Assembly (NCBI GenBank): GCA_051362555.1
Contig: CM120647.1
Span: 7,812,001-7,876,000, forward strand
Direction of reading: 5' to 3'
DNA: 64,000 nucleotides
Source of the DNA: Lingula anatina
Lineage: Eukaryota > Animalia > Brachiopoda
In this document: positions 14,686 through 28,759 of the stretch, piece after piece
Layout: the number at the start of each line of letters is the position of its first letter
Numbering within the stretch: position 1 is the stretch's first letter
The notes under the pieces: generated by a model
Database searches by the model: none
The model's input: only the letters and a program-made list of their open reading frames with translations
What the model was told of the DNA's origin: nothing
Translations under genes and position numbers: made by a program

Positions 14686-17600
14686 GTTTATTTAGGACGT
14701 TTCTTCAGGTCAAAGCTCACTTTCCTCGACCATCTACATGTATTACTTTATCACAAATTCCTATTTCTTCTTCCCTTCTTGTTCCCTTAATTTTCTCTCA
14801 TTCACTAAAGAGGTAAACAGATAGGCTATTTTTTTATTTTAGAAATCTTTGTAAATAGCTTAGGCGTATTGTTAATTTAATTTTGTCTCATTCACTGAAA
14901 AGGGAAAAAGATATTGTATTTTATGTCAGTTAGGTGTTGGGATTTTCTTTCTTTCCTTTTTCTTTTAACGCCGTAATTATTTTAGATATAAACTTGAGAG
15001 CATTTTCAGAGGACAGGCCTCTACCAAGGCAAAATGAAAATGACATTAGAATTTAAAAGTAATATTTTCAAAACATAAAGAGACATGAATTCAGGTGGTT
15101 CTGAAACAATTTATTTCCCTCTTAGAAAATTATCAATCTCAATAATTTCATCAACCTATTTCAGATCCCTTGTCCTCAAGCAAACGAACAAGCAAATCCC
15201 ACCAACAAAGAAAACAGCAACAATTAAAAACGACCTCCAAATTTCATTTCTCATAATTTAACCTAATTTTCCATCTACTGTTCATATATCCGCACAATCA
15301 ATGAACTGAAACTGGACCTTGTTTAAGTGTATATAGGGAAATTTCAAATAAACAGTTCAATGTAAACGGGCTTAAAAGATCATCAGAAACAAGATGTTAT
15401 GGTTAAGATCGAGTCCAATGCCCGGACACGCCCGGTCAGCGCGGGTCACGTGACCTCGTGAAATGACCTGAGAGAACACGTCCACAGCTAAACGCTCCAT
15501 AAAGTGCATTGGAAATTTATAAAGCAAAACATAATAATAACGATGACATTTTTTACTTGAAACTTTGGCCTTTTTCTTTTTAGCACCAAGGTTGACCGTT
15601 CAAGAACCTATAAAGCCGTTTTTTTAACCGTCTAATTTTACTGCCAAGACTAGAATTTATCATTCTCTATCTCCATGTCGAAAGAGACTCAAGAACAAAA
15701 ATATTAAAATCCAAAAGCGGGTTTATAATGGGTCGTAATTTAGTGAACAGATTTTGGATATGACATATCTTGATGGTTAAAGAATATATTATTGAAATGT
15801 CAAGGTAAATTACATTTGCTACATAAAGGTCAAACGGCCACCGTGCGTTGGTCAATATGGAAAGAACTGACCCAGCAAAACATCGAACAAGCCTAACTTG
15901 CAACCGCAAATCTGCACGAGGCTTAAGTTAAAAGCTAATTGTCCAGGTTACCTATACAGTTGTGGTAAATTATTCATGTCGAAATTTCGGTCATTTTAGC
16001 GGTTTATTATTTGTCTGTCATTTGGTCTTTTTAGTAGACTTTAAAAGGACGCCATTTAGACTTTACAGGGTTACCTGGTAGATTTACCGGTGCAGTAGTA
16101 GCACTGGACCATTAATAGTGAGAGTGCGTTAAATCCGTGCACATGAAAAAGATGTCTAAAACGTCTGACACAATTACTGCACCTTTAAAAATTAATCAAT
16201 TTTTGGAGGAAAACTTTATCAGTGGTAGAAGGTCAATTTACTTTGCATTTGCTATTTTTTTAATTTTACCAAAGCAATTCTTCATTATTTCGATTATAAT
16301 ACGACCACTGAAGTTGTTTTAAACTGTCAACTTTTTGAAAAAATTCAACCTCTAAACTGAAACCCTCAGAAAGAAGCACAGAAATACACATCCAGACCAC
16401 ACCCAGTGCTTCGATCTGTGTTTTTTTATAGCAAACAACCACCAATAATTCCCAATTGAAATTATAGATGATTTTGGATTATGCGCAACCCGCCTGCTTG
16501 AGGCTATCTTTCTCACATTCTCATCAACCGTCCATCCATTAAATTGTGAATAGGAACCATGACTGACGTCAGTGTACTGAACACGCTTCATTTGATGGGT
16601 TCTTAGAAAAGGCTATATGCAAATACGCTTCAGTGGGTCGTTCCTGATTTTCGAGCTAAATTCAACTGCCCTTGAAGCTATACAACCGGTTTTCTAGACC
16701 AGGAAGAAAAAGCTCCCAGGGTCGTGAAATTTGCTAGAAGGGTGGGGTGCAAGAATGAAATATACCATTTTTCGCTTTGCTCGGAAAATAATATATTATG
16801 AAATAATAGACTAAGACTTTTAGTGCAGTAGTGGACGGGGATGAAGAAATTAATTGGACGCGCACTTGGATTGAATGTGCACTGTGTCAGCTTTGGCAGC
16901 ACGGACTGTAGTAACGCAATCTCTCCCAACCGTGCCCTGCGCAACTATCGCATTCAATATCTTCCATTTTATGGCCACTCCTTTCGCGTATTTGGCATTG
17001 TTAGGGACAGGTGCGCAAACGAAACTTAATGGTTCTCAAAATTCATTGTTAACTGGAGTAAATTTTATTTTGATTAAAGATGAAGATTAAGAGTTTACAA
17101 ATAAGCGCATTGATGCATTGCAATTTACAAAATATTAGGCAGTTTTTTTTATTGCTTGCCTCTGAAGTCCTCTCAAGTTTAAATCAGCAGAAATAGTAAA
17201 TGGAATGAAACTGAGATTATAACGCAATTTGCATTAAAAGTCAATAGGATAAAAAGAAATAAATATTGAATTTATAAGATTGTTGCGTGTTATGGCGTTG
17301 TTAAATTCCCACAATTCAATAAAAATGAGCCCGCCTTTGCCTTAACAAAATATGGATAAAGTCTTTTTAACACTTAAAAATGACACATCCTCTGAGAAGT
17401 TTTAAAATAGGAACAAAAAGACATTATTTGGAAAAACATTTTCCCTCTTCCGACCCTTAAAGAAAATAAAAAGTGTATGAGAAACAAGTAATAAAAAAGT
17501 CGTATAATGAACAATAGGGAAATTATATCTGCGCTGTCCTCATAAAAATTATTTTGTGTGCCACAACACCTGAAGAAACCTGTGTTTATATACAGTGTAG

Positions 17601-20600
17601 ATTTTTTTTTTTCGCTAAATCAGGGGAAACTTTTGTAACAGTATTTATAGTCTACTTATTCAGCTATTTCATCATTCTGTTAAAACTAAACAAGCATTTC
17701 AGATTATAACAATTTTTTTCAACCCCTTGGCCGAGATGCGACCTTTCCAGGTCTAGCCCTTGCCGTGCGGGATGGTTGACCTTTGACCTTTGACACAGTG
17801 GCTTTGTAGGTCATTCACCTGAAACGAAGGTGTCATGTTCTCGTCTGGGCCTGGCCGCTGGCACTAAGTATAACAATAGCATGGAGTATCAGCTTTATAT
17901 AAATCTGTTTATGACAATTGGGCTATTTGTCTAGTGTGTTGGATATATATAGTTGTACTTACAATGTATATGCACTTATAGTATATATATATGCTTCGGG
18001 TTGTTATATATGGTGTATAAGTAGGAAATCCCTCTGCACATGTATAGGATATGAAAGGATTTTTTAAAGTTAAGCCATATATATGTATTTAATAGGATTT
18101 TTTGGTGGAAAAAATTTGTTATGTCTTAATTCCATATGGCTTCTATAATACAGTACTAGTGTGAGCATAGTTTAATGACATACAGTGCACTGTAATCATT
18201 CACTCTAACATGTGGGGATCCATGGTCGTAGCGGGGGTGGGGTGGGGTTGTTTATAAGTGAGTGGGGTAGGGAATTTGAGGGGGGGGGCTCCACCAGTGA
18301 TATAAATTATTTCTACTGTAAAGAGACAGGAATTTGGATTATGAAAAAAATGTAAATGGACGATTTTACGTACGAAAAATACAGGAGGTAAATCGTTCAG
18401 CGTCTTTTTTATTGTTGCTGTGTATTCTTACTCCTGCATTTAATCACCTCTGGTAGAGCTAGACAATGTTTCGTACTTAATTAACTTGTTATAGTATTTT
18501 TTTCTTTTTTGTGCTATATTTCATTCGTTATTATTAGCCCAAATATTAGTATTTTTGTCATTTTTACACCTAACCCTGTCCTTTGACTATCTGCAGTTAT
18601 GTCTATTGTTAACATTTTAACAATTTATTTCATTTCAGGGATTACTTACGTGTCACTTGTGTTGCCTTTTTTGTTTTTTGTTTTGTTTTTCGGGATTTTG
18701 CCTTTGTAGTAATGCTTCTGTGACAGTGACTGCTACCATATTTTTTTCTGTTGTGTTCACTTTGTACTGTCGACACTTAACTGCAGATTTTTTTTTTCTG
18801 AGTTAGATTTTTCCTGTGACACTGCTACATTGACATTTTGACTCGACGGTGATGACAGACACGAGTGACAAAATGGAACGCAAGAGCTCCTTTTAAAAAA
18901 CGCATCGTCTGGCTTTTTACTGTAGAGTGCTACATCTGTTAATTTTCCAAATTCCGACTTCATCTTTATAATCATTTCATTTATATTCTTTTGAACTTTT
19001 GCTTGTATGACAAAGGTTACCAATTTGACATCACTTACAAAATATTTTTTCCTTTTGGCGATATCACATTTTCTATCTAATTCAACTGAATTAACTTAAC
19101 GATCTGTTGACTGACTAAATATTATTAATTTATTACAGCTTTCTTAATCTATGTTTTGGAAACATCATGCGTTGTTTCTTTCAGCCGTGTCGTCTGCTCT
19201 CTTGGCAAATTGTCGACTGACAAAATATCGTGAATTTCTTATAATTTTCTCAATATATTTATGAAAAAAGATTATCGTCTGCAACAAGCACGTCTGCAAT
19301 GCTACTAAACCTGTGTCGTACATGTATTCGTCTTTAACATAAACCGTACACAAGCTGGTGAAACTTATCTGATTTTTGCACTTTTTTCACGAGTTTTTCT
19401 GCACACACGTAACTTTACTAAAGGAAAATAACCTCAGCACAAGTCACTTAACACATTTAAAACAAAACATTTTTGCAACTCGGGCAACTTCTCAGTTGAC
19501 AGCTAAAATGATGGTGTTATTTTTGAATTGACGAAGAAACAAATGAAGAAGCCTCAGAAGTTGAGCACTCCGCATTTGAGTTAGTTATTTTTAACTTATT
19601 CCATTGCAGTGAAATAATAGGATACAGATATATATATATTCGAGTAATTTTAAATACTACAGATGACTTTAAATGTTATACCAAAATTTCTTCACGATGC
19701 GAACTCCAAGAGCGACAATGTATGGGTCATTAAGAACAGTTCGTAATCATCAAAGTTTGAAATCACATGACATGGAATTTTGTGCGTACGTGTAGGCCTG
19801 TCATAAGAGTGTTCAGCGTTGCTATTTCTTTTTTCTTCTTTTTCCTGCTCTAAGCCGATACGGTATCATGTCCCCATGACGTCAAAGCGTCAGTTCACTC
19901 CCGTATGATTTAAGTGCCGCTGTTTTGTTAACATTATAGTCTTTCTTTTTTACTACCTAAAAGAGTGAACCTGCTGTGCGTTTTCAATTCTTTGGGCAAA
20001 TTTCTCGCTTAATATGATTGTGTACGTTAAAGCCCTGTTAACATGCATTTAAAAACCACAAGAAAAAAATTGATTCAAGGCTTTATGTAAGCGTCACAGA
20101 AGGTGGTGTAACTTATATCCCATACGCACTGATGTGGCTCATTGCGCCTCGATAAATATCTTTTTATTATACAACAACGAAAAATGTTCTTTATGAAAAT
20201 ATTACATGCAATTCGCAGAAATCGAAACAGGCGTAAAAATGATACTATTACAAGTATCTAAATGTACGCTGTATATCGACGTAAATTCTTCTTAAAATAA
20301 GACTCATAAGTTGAGCAGCATGTTTGAGTACAATTGACAAAATTATATATATATATTGGTTTTTACGATGGGTGGTAACTTCGGTGCATTTTATTGGGCC
20401 TTACGCAGCGTTGCGTGAAAGTTGCGCTTATGCAACTAGGCGGGGCACGCTGATCTTACCAGCACGTGACCTCAGTCGATTTCAAATTGTCACTCTTGAC
20501 CGATATAATACGAACGCAGTGTTTATAGTATGGCAAGTTTTGTTTAACCTCAGCTACATAATACGTTATAATTAAAAGCCCGCGGAAACGTAAGGTGACG

Positions 20601-21059
20601 GAAATGTTAAAGATTAAGTCTAACGCAATTGGTAATAAAAACAACGCTGTAAAAACCGTTATTTAAGAATACATCACCGAATAAAAAGTGGCTCGAATTT
20701 CACAACTGAAAATTACAAAGAAAGTTATTGATATTTTACTTCTCCTTTGTTCTTATATGCAATATTCGGCAGGAGGCAGGGAAGGCAAAGACTTTACATT
20801 CGCACACCGCAAAATCGTTTTATTTTCTTTCTAAACCCAAATCCAAAGAATTCCTTTGAATAAACTTTTCAAAGAACAGGTCAGGCATCTAATGTGGTCT
20901 TTTCAAATCCACAGGCGTCTCGAAAGACCCCTCACACCTTAAAAAACAAAGTCTGTCAACTCACCGGCCATAGTGAAACGCGTTTATATTATTTAAACCG
21001 TCCTATAGCCACAGCACTTGCCTATAAGGCAAAGCAAATTGATGTTGTTGTAAGCTCGT

Positions 21060-22155
21060 GATACGTGAACTCCGTCTATTGTTACGCCCGTCTGCGACGC
21101 ACTGCGCATGCGCCAGGTATGAATGCAGTTTTTCTGGTACAACAATCTTGAATTGTCGCCACTGTTTATGCGGCCTCAAATATTGAAAGGGTCTTCACAA
21201 AACCCTTAGCGTGCTACGAGGGGAGAGCTAACTCGAGGTCGCAGTCTACAAGTGGGACGGTGTTGGGTCTGCACGGCTTCTGCGTTTCTCGTCGAAAAAT
21301 CGCCGTGCCGTTCTTGCGGACGTTCCCTGTAAAATCGCCCGCGTCTACGTACGTGAGTCGGGCTAAAACCGGTGTCACGGGACGAAGCTCATGCGGAGCG
21401 TAGGTGAGGGAAAATAAGAGGTCGGCAAATAATACAGAACGCGTGTAAGTTGATCCTAGCTCGCCTTGATTCTAAAGCAAGATGTGAGCGACCTTCATTT
21501 AAACGGGAGTCTTTAGCAGCACGGTCCGTGCGCTGGGTTTGTCCTTCGATATTAGGCAACGTCGACTATTACGCCAAGGTGTGGTTTTAATGGATCTAGT
21601 GACGTGATAGTAACTTTTGTGATGACGGAGTTCAAGCGCTCACCTAAGATTGAAAATGGAGGGGCGAACCTGGCTGAACTCTGGGAAGGATTAAATCCCC
21701 GAGGCGTTCAATGGATTCTATTAAGGCGTGGTGCCAAACGTGCAGTAATCCCAGCACGCGTGTACCTGAAAACTGGAGTCTGACAGGTTGAGGAATTTTC
21801 TTAAATCGATACTGTAATAGACCTGACGCAATGTTGCGTAAGACGGTAATTATGGGTCCTAATTTGGCGGGAACGAGGCCTACTCGGACCAGGAAGCAAG
21901 TTCGTTGCGCCTTTACCACATTGAAAACGTGTAAACTAAACCAATAATGGCGCTTCACCTGAATGCGACACGGGGCGGTTTTTTTGCTTACGTCATCTTA
22001 CATTGTTTCTTAAATTGCGCGCGCTAAAGAAAATCACGTTCGAACATTTTGGCGATTTTACGCCAATTACGTTAAATTTTCATTAAAAAAACGACTATGA
22101 GTGGATTTTAGCTCACGTCATCTTCCAGTTTCAGTCAAATTTGCGCGAAAAAATC
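21060..22155. promoter_or_regulatory. CpG-rich promoter-like island
   Basis: NRF1-like TGCGCATGCGC near 21103, E2F-like TTGGCGGGAA near 21864 and TTTGCGCGAAA near 22140, CCAAT at 21941, CRE-like TTACGTCA near 21988, possible donor TAG|GTGAGG near 21403. Confidence 0.45.
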
Positions 22156-22579
22156 ACAGCAACAGAGCATGCAGACGATAATTGAATATTTTGCAGACGA
22201 TAGTTTATTTCACCCTACCAGGGATGATTGTGCGTCTAGTCCATGTAGCTGTGACATCATGACTAGATCCACACTCATCCCTGTTGGGGAACGCCAAGAG
22301 CAGACGACAACTGAAAAACTAGCAGACGACACTGAAAGTTCAACGACAATTGAAAAAAGCAGACGACACTGCTGTGTCAGTGATGGCCTACTATTTAGAT
22401 CTTTTTGGGTTTTTTTTTTCAGTTTGTAGATTGCTACATTAGAAATTTAGGTTATTTAGGTTGGTCAAGCAGAGGGAATTACACACAGTATTTCAAGATT
22501 TTAAAAGCAGACGATAACATAATAACAAAAGCAGACGATCAAATCGATGCCATATTCAAAGCATGCCATGGCTCTTTTC

Positions 22580-23080
22580 ATACGTCCCGCAGACTTAGGG
22601 GAAATCAAGCGAGAGATTGAGAGGAAATATTCTCTGTGAAGGTTCTCGACAAATATGACTCTAGCTGGCTGCTCAATAGTAAAATGTCACCAAAGGAAGT
22701 TGAACTTTAGGGACCAAACCTTTTCTTTATTAGGCATGTCTCTTGACACTTATGTGAGATTATCCGTGCGGTTCTCTTCTCTCAGTTATGACTTGTTGAA
22801 ACTGCTTGTTGCAGTTGAGGGGTTGTTGTTAGCATGTAGATATTTGGCGTAGTGCTACTTTTATAGGGGTACATTTTAGTGTAGAAAGTCTTAGAGTAAA
22901 GTTTTTCCGTATATAATTTAGAAAAGTTTGTGTCAGTTTGCTGAGGCCTCGGAAATGGACCGTGGACCTTTTTTTATCTCCTCTTTTATGTCAGAGAACT
23001 CTTTATTTAGAGGGATATTAAGCTAAGCATTCTTGTCTCACATGAAAATTGAGCAACCGTAAGGATACGGTCGTGTCTCC
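22580..23080 (-). mobile_element. highly decayed Penelope-like retroelement fragment
   Basis: broken minus-strand translations (KKGPR, KYLHANN, QRIFPLN..SLRD) resemble the YKGPRF / RYLRTNS / IFP..P.IAF...NL.D motifs of the Penelope RT thumb/linker; many stops. Confidence 0.4.
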
Positions 23081-23577
23081 TTCTTGACTCAGAGAACAAA
23101 TCTTTTGACGTGCCGTTTTTACATAATTACACATATTATTTTTTCATATGACAATAAGTCGACAGGTATAAAAAATAGGCCATTATTTGACACAAAAAGA
23201 AAAAAAAACATTTCTTTAACCTCACAACGCACTGAGCGTGTTGGAGGAATGCATTCGAAGATAAAGTAACAATATAGATAGCACAAAGACAGGGTTTTAT
23301 ATCCTGACGTCCTTTTGATATGAAATGGCCGAATTCGATCCGATGTAGGGATTGTCTGTCGTGTCACATGTTTGACAAGGACAACGGGATGGTTTTATAT
23401 TGCTCGTGATCATATAGAGGCGTTGAGAGGTCAGATCAACCACTATAGACCATGTAGCAAAGGTGAAAATCGTTTGGCTATGTGTGTAGTAGTTTAATTG
23501 GAGGGGATAGGTCTGTGAGGTCTGTACACTTGTTGCAGCACAGGTGTAATTCTGGTTAGCAAGGAGGAGGGGGAATT

Positions 23578-23716
23578 GAGAGAGAGAGAGAGATGAGGAG
23601 AGAGAAAGATGGAGATGGAGAGAGAGATTGAGAGAGAGGGGGGGAGAGAGAGAGAGAGAGAGAGAAAGAGGTAGAGAGAGATGGGAGAATAGAGAGAGAG
23701 AGGGAGAGAGAGAGAG
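23578..23716. repeat. GA-rich low-complexity tract
   Basis: seen directly. Confidence 0.9.
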
Positions 23717-23956
23717 GTAAAACTGATAGAAGGCATTAGATGGTTTAAGGGAGACAAAGGCGCCTAGACGTTGAAAAGCTCAATTTTGAATGGTGCAGAA
23801 AAACTATTTAAAAGAGAGAGAAATATAGATGGAGAAGAGAAAGTGTGAATAAGAAAAAGGCGGGAATTCAAAGTCTCAGTAAAATAGGACTCCCACTCCT
23901 AGTCAAAGTCAAAGTTACTCAGTACAGCCCCGCCTCGATTTTTTTTTCACACTGGG

Positions 23957-24530
23957 TCACAAATTACTTTCCATATTGAAGAGGGAATGCCAATAATTCT
24001 TCAATGCGTTTTTGTGGACACAGGCAGAGCCGGCGTTGTGATACGAAAACACCATAGTCAATGAAAAGATTGAGTCCTCCAAAGGTTGACCGAACAAACT
24101 AAAAAAACACATTGATTCGTTCACAACATAGAGTAGTGCCAGCTCCAAGGCGGGATGTTTGTTGAGGGGGGGATCGATGGGAGAGGTGCTTTAAAGCGTG
24201 CGCAAGGCACCATAAAACGTGTCAGGAAGGGACGCCAGCACTGTTATTGGCGTTGCATGCGTTTTTAAAAAGTTGGGGTGAGGTTGGGAGATAGGTAAAG
24301 GGTGTGGATGTGTTTGTGAAAAAGTTGATTTGGGGGGGGGGGAGAATTTTAGCTTGTTGGAATTTCTGTTGAAGTCAGAAAGCAGTTGAATTCCATTGGC
24401 TTCTGTCATAAGGAGCAGATTTAAAAAGTTACATACCAAAGGGGTTAAAACTTGTGAAATTGTTAGAAATTTTAAAACAGATGCGAAATGTTTCTTTTTT
24501 TAGCATTTTGATTGGGATAGCGAATACGCA
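23957..24530 (-). mobile_element. decayed Penelope-like fragment
   Basis: ORF 23957-24148 ends MVFSYHN...ALKNYWHSLFNMESNL, resembling the PLV..YHP...L.K.WH.I..D..L linker motif. Confidence 0.3.
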
Positions 24531-25985
24531 TTTTAATTAGAAAGAAGTAGCCAGCATCACGCCACAGGAGGCATGCTTATAAAAGGACAATTTTGTTTGC
24601 ATGAAAGTAAATTATTCCTCATTTTTAAAGTGGCGTGAGTGAAAAGGGGACCGCCTTTCCAGAGGACGTTGCGTAAAGAAAATTATTACGGCATATGCCT
24701 GCACGCGGGCAGAACAGATAACGCAGAACATTAGATTGTTCGATGTTTTCATAACCTACTCGTTTAAGTACCCGACTTCAAACGATTCTTTAAAATACAC
24801 GAATAAGGTGACAGGCTATTAAAATAAAAGCACTCAACCCTACACTTACCCTAAGGTTGACACTTCCCATTCTTATTTACACAATATTTTTGATCGACAT
24901 ATTATGGTGTATTGCTCATTGGCGAGATGGGAATTTGACATGGAAGGCAAATAAATAAATCTCCATTTTAATGGCAAAGCAACTGCTTTTCCATATGCTT
25001 TCTTGCCCTAAACAATGAAACAATGAAATCTTAGTCCCTTTCCCTGCAGTTATCTTCGATTGCTGCATACTCTTTCATTGACTTTCTCATTCATTTTTCC
25101 ACCAATTAGCAGTTTCTTTCTATCTTTGATTCCAATACAATCTGACTTCACTAGTACATATTTCAGTGTAGCTATCAGACATAAGGTAAATACCACCTTT
25201 AATAATAATAATTTCTTTGACCTCAGATTTCGCTATGTCCTTATTTTTTATTAAAACACCAGCAGAATTCTTTCATCAATCTCCCCTATCAACTGCATAT
25301 CCGATCTCAGACCAATTAAACCATCTCATATATCACCTCATCTTCAACGACACAAAATTTGCTCGGTCATGCCTACCAAAACTCCTCTCGACATATCCTC
25401 AACCCCGTATGTGCCGCATTTCCATTGCACCCCCCCCCCCCCCCAACAAACCGCCTTTCCAATTTTACGGTGTTGTGACGCCAGCATCCACGTTCCTGGC
25501 CCGTTGTTGATTTTGCACCTGCCCGCTACGTGCATTACGAGTCACCTGTTGGAATTTGTAAAGGATTGTTTCACGCCCCAGGTGAGCCTTTGTGTCCCCA
25601 GCGTCGGTTTATACAAGTCTATTGTCGATACTCAGCCATAGCGACAGATCAGGTCAAATAAGGGTGCGGAGGGGGACCTAAGGGGGGGGGGGGGGTGAGA
25701 TTTTCAGGTTGGAGAATAAAGTAAGTTTTCTTCAGTCAACAGCTTAATATTGAATTAGTTTACTTCCAATATTTCGGTGTCTACCAGAACACCTAAAATT
25801 GAATGAGGCTGTCCAGGTGAATAGCCTCTGTTTCGTTAAACAGTGAAATATTGGAGGCAAACTATTTAAGGTGACTGAAGAAAACTTATAAATTATTCTT
25901 ATAACATAACACAGATGATGAAATTCTTCTCTGACTTCAGGTTGGGGGATTTTAAGGGACCTCTTTAGCAATATCGTTATGGTAG

Positions 25986-26273
25986 CAGTGGCGTATTAAA
26001 GGGGGGTGTCAGGGGGGTCCTAACCCCCGCCACCTTCGATTTCTAATTAAAAAACGCACCAAAAACGTCTAGCTGAATCATAGTTCTAAACCGTACCAAA
26101 TGGCGGCATGTACCTTTCAAAACACCTTTTTTTGGGGGGGAGGGGGGGACTCAAGCATGCCCCGAACCTGACACCAGGGGGGTCGAGAGTCGGCCTCGCA
26201 ATCCGAGACCAGTCAATCCCTAAAAAGCAGGACAACACCCCTCCACCTTTAAAAAAATCTATATCCGCCCCTA
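25986..26273. mobile_element. MITE with G/C-tract termini
   Basis: CAGTGGCGTAT...ATATCCGCCCCTA termini, near-matching 5-bp flanks GGTAG/GGTGG, internal G and C runs. Confidence 0.55.
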
Positions 26274-26667
26274 GGTGGTGTCCTCTACCAGAGGCCAACT
26301 GAGGGATGGCGTTCAATTTTGCGCAAAGGCAATCACTGGTCACAGCACGGGAAAGTACACGGAATCGACCATAGCAATGTCTCTGCATTATCTAGCGAAA
26401 AATCAATCCGTGTCCCCGGGTAATTGTAATATTCCACTAGTGTGAGAGCATTCTATTATGCGTGCTATAATACTTACACATACCCCCCTTCTCGATTCTC
26501 ATGTCGGATTAATTGTCAGGAACCACTTTAAGAAACTCTTTTCTTTTGCAGACGTGTAAACTTAATGTGCATATACGCCACCCCTACCCCCGAATTCCCA
26601 GGCAGAAATATAAAACCGCTTCTTAATAATTTCAAAATTGCAAAAAAACAAGCTCTTGATATTGAAG

Positions 26668-26713
<46 letters not shown>

Positions 26714-27532
26714 AACCATGAGTAAACATATCGTTTGAGTGGCTGTGACTTCGGTTGTTCCTAGAGGCACACCTATCGCAATGTGCAGGTCTCAACCACA
26801 TAATTTGACCTCACAAAACGGTTGTATAGGTAACAATAGCGGGTCTAAAGGCACTGCCGACTAGTGCCCTTCCTCACCCTTTTAAATTCAGAGGTATTCG
26901 ATACTGTCCCTTCTTTTCTCCAATAAAAATAATAAGTAAACAAAAATATAACAATGATTAGTTTACAGCATAACGAGAAAAAATATACAAAATCAAGAAA
27001 ACTTTTTACCCCGTCCACTAGCAAAATCCTTCATCCACGGCCACCAGTGGGGTAAAACTATTCATTTTTGTTATGGTTAACTTTTACCACTGTTTATCAT
27101 TCTTTCTTTCTTTCTTTCTTTTTTTCTTTCTTTCTTTATTTATTTTGATTCAGAGCCTTTAGTTTTGTCTTTAGTCAGTTGATTCTTTCATTTGTCATTT
27201 CAGAGAAAAGAAAACACGAAGGTTATGACATAGAAAACTGGCCCAAGATGACACCGATATAGCAGCAATGTCCAGAGGTGGATGTGTCCAATTGCCTTTC
27301 TAAATATGATTTTTCATAAGGTCACTTATAAGGTCAAAATATTTCAAGCCTGGAAGATGAAAGAAAAAATTATATTTTTTCACATTTTTAAAGTCTAACG
27401 ACATTAGAGCTCGTTTTCCTTTATTCTTAGAATGATATTTTCCTTGTTTAGAAATGTTGTAAGCAATTCACGACTATGATTTTGTAAATGTTTCAGTTTA
27501 CTACCTAAGAGTCAGGTAGCAATTAAAACGTA

Positions 27533-27535
<3 letters not shown>

Positions 27536-27574
<39 letters not shown>

Positions 27575-28020
27575 TAAGCATCTCGTACACAACCCATTTT
27601 CGGATGCCACTTGAGGATAGGAAGGCTGTCGCAAAATTGAGAAGACACATCTCGTTTCAGAGGGGGTAAGACCCACCCCTGTCCCCAGTAGGGCATCTTC
27701 CTCTTGGGGAGATATATGTTGAAATTTGTCATTATAAATGGAAAAAGTGGAGAGAGAGAGCAAATAGAGCAAATTGTAATGCGTCTAGCTGTCCAGAAGT
27801 CCAGCTGGTTGCGCACTGAAGTCCGATACGCCTGCGCTATCTCATGTGGTTCCGGAATGAAGATGACAGTGATGAAGTAGAATCCACAGTGCTCTAGAGA
27901 GAGAAAGAGAGTCCGTTCTTAGTGAATTTCTGCCTCGTGGTGCCAAAAACAGCGTATCACCGGGTGGAAATTCATCCATGCACGGCCTCCAAATACAACA
28001 GAGAGCTCTGTGCGTTCCGG
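27536..28020 (-). mobile_element. possible poly(A)-tailed retroposed element (SINE or LINE 3' end)
   Basis: pure T run of ~38 nt at 27536-27573 abutting a GC-richer block; family not recognised, far boundary uncertain. Confidence 0.3.
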
Positions 28021-28306
28021 ATTGGCCTGATCCTGAGTCTCAGTTTTAGCATGATTGATCATATTTTTGAGGAGGAATAAAAAAGCATGTTAATCTTAGT
28101 AGCATATTGGTGTGTTTTTTTCTGAGGAATATCCGAAGTTCGGCAAACGAAAACCGCATGCAAGAGTATTATGTTTTAAATATGACAGTTTTCGTAAGTA
28201 GAAGTATTAATTTTATTTAATAGAGGTAATTATTTTATTATGAGTGGAAGAATGTAGCATGTATTTTAAGTGTTACATTTGAACGAAAACTTCATCTGAA
28301 CTAAAA

Positions 28307-28357
<51 letters not shown>

Positions 28358-28759
28358 AATCTGATATATGTAGGCCTATATTGGAGCAATGATGCCGACA
28401 CCCAGCACATTTCGCCCATATAATATAGGTAAATTATATTACATTTACTGCCAGACGTATCTCAGCTGGGCAATTGGGCCTTAAAACATGGTATTTTACC
28501 TATTTCAGGACTCATTGGGACTTTATCAGAATACAGGCATTTTTGTGAATAAATTATAAATACTTCATTATTCGACTCTGTGGCGTTTTTAACTTTATTT
28601 ATCAATGAAAATGTTGGATAAAAATGTAATTCGTTTCCAAATTGTTTTACTTAAAATGTGTAATAGGCCTCTTAATTCAAAACAGCTTGAATTTTCCATA
28701 TTTACGTAGGAGACACGAAAAAAAACTATTTCACAGATTAATTTTGAATGTGTGGTTAA

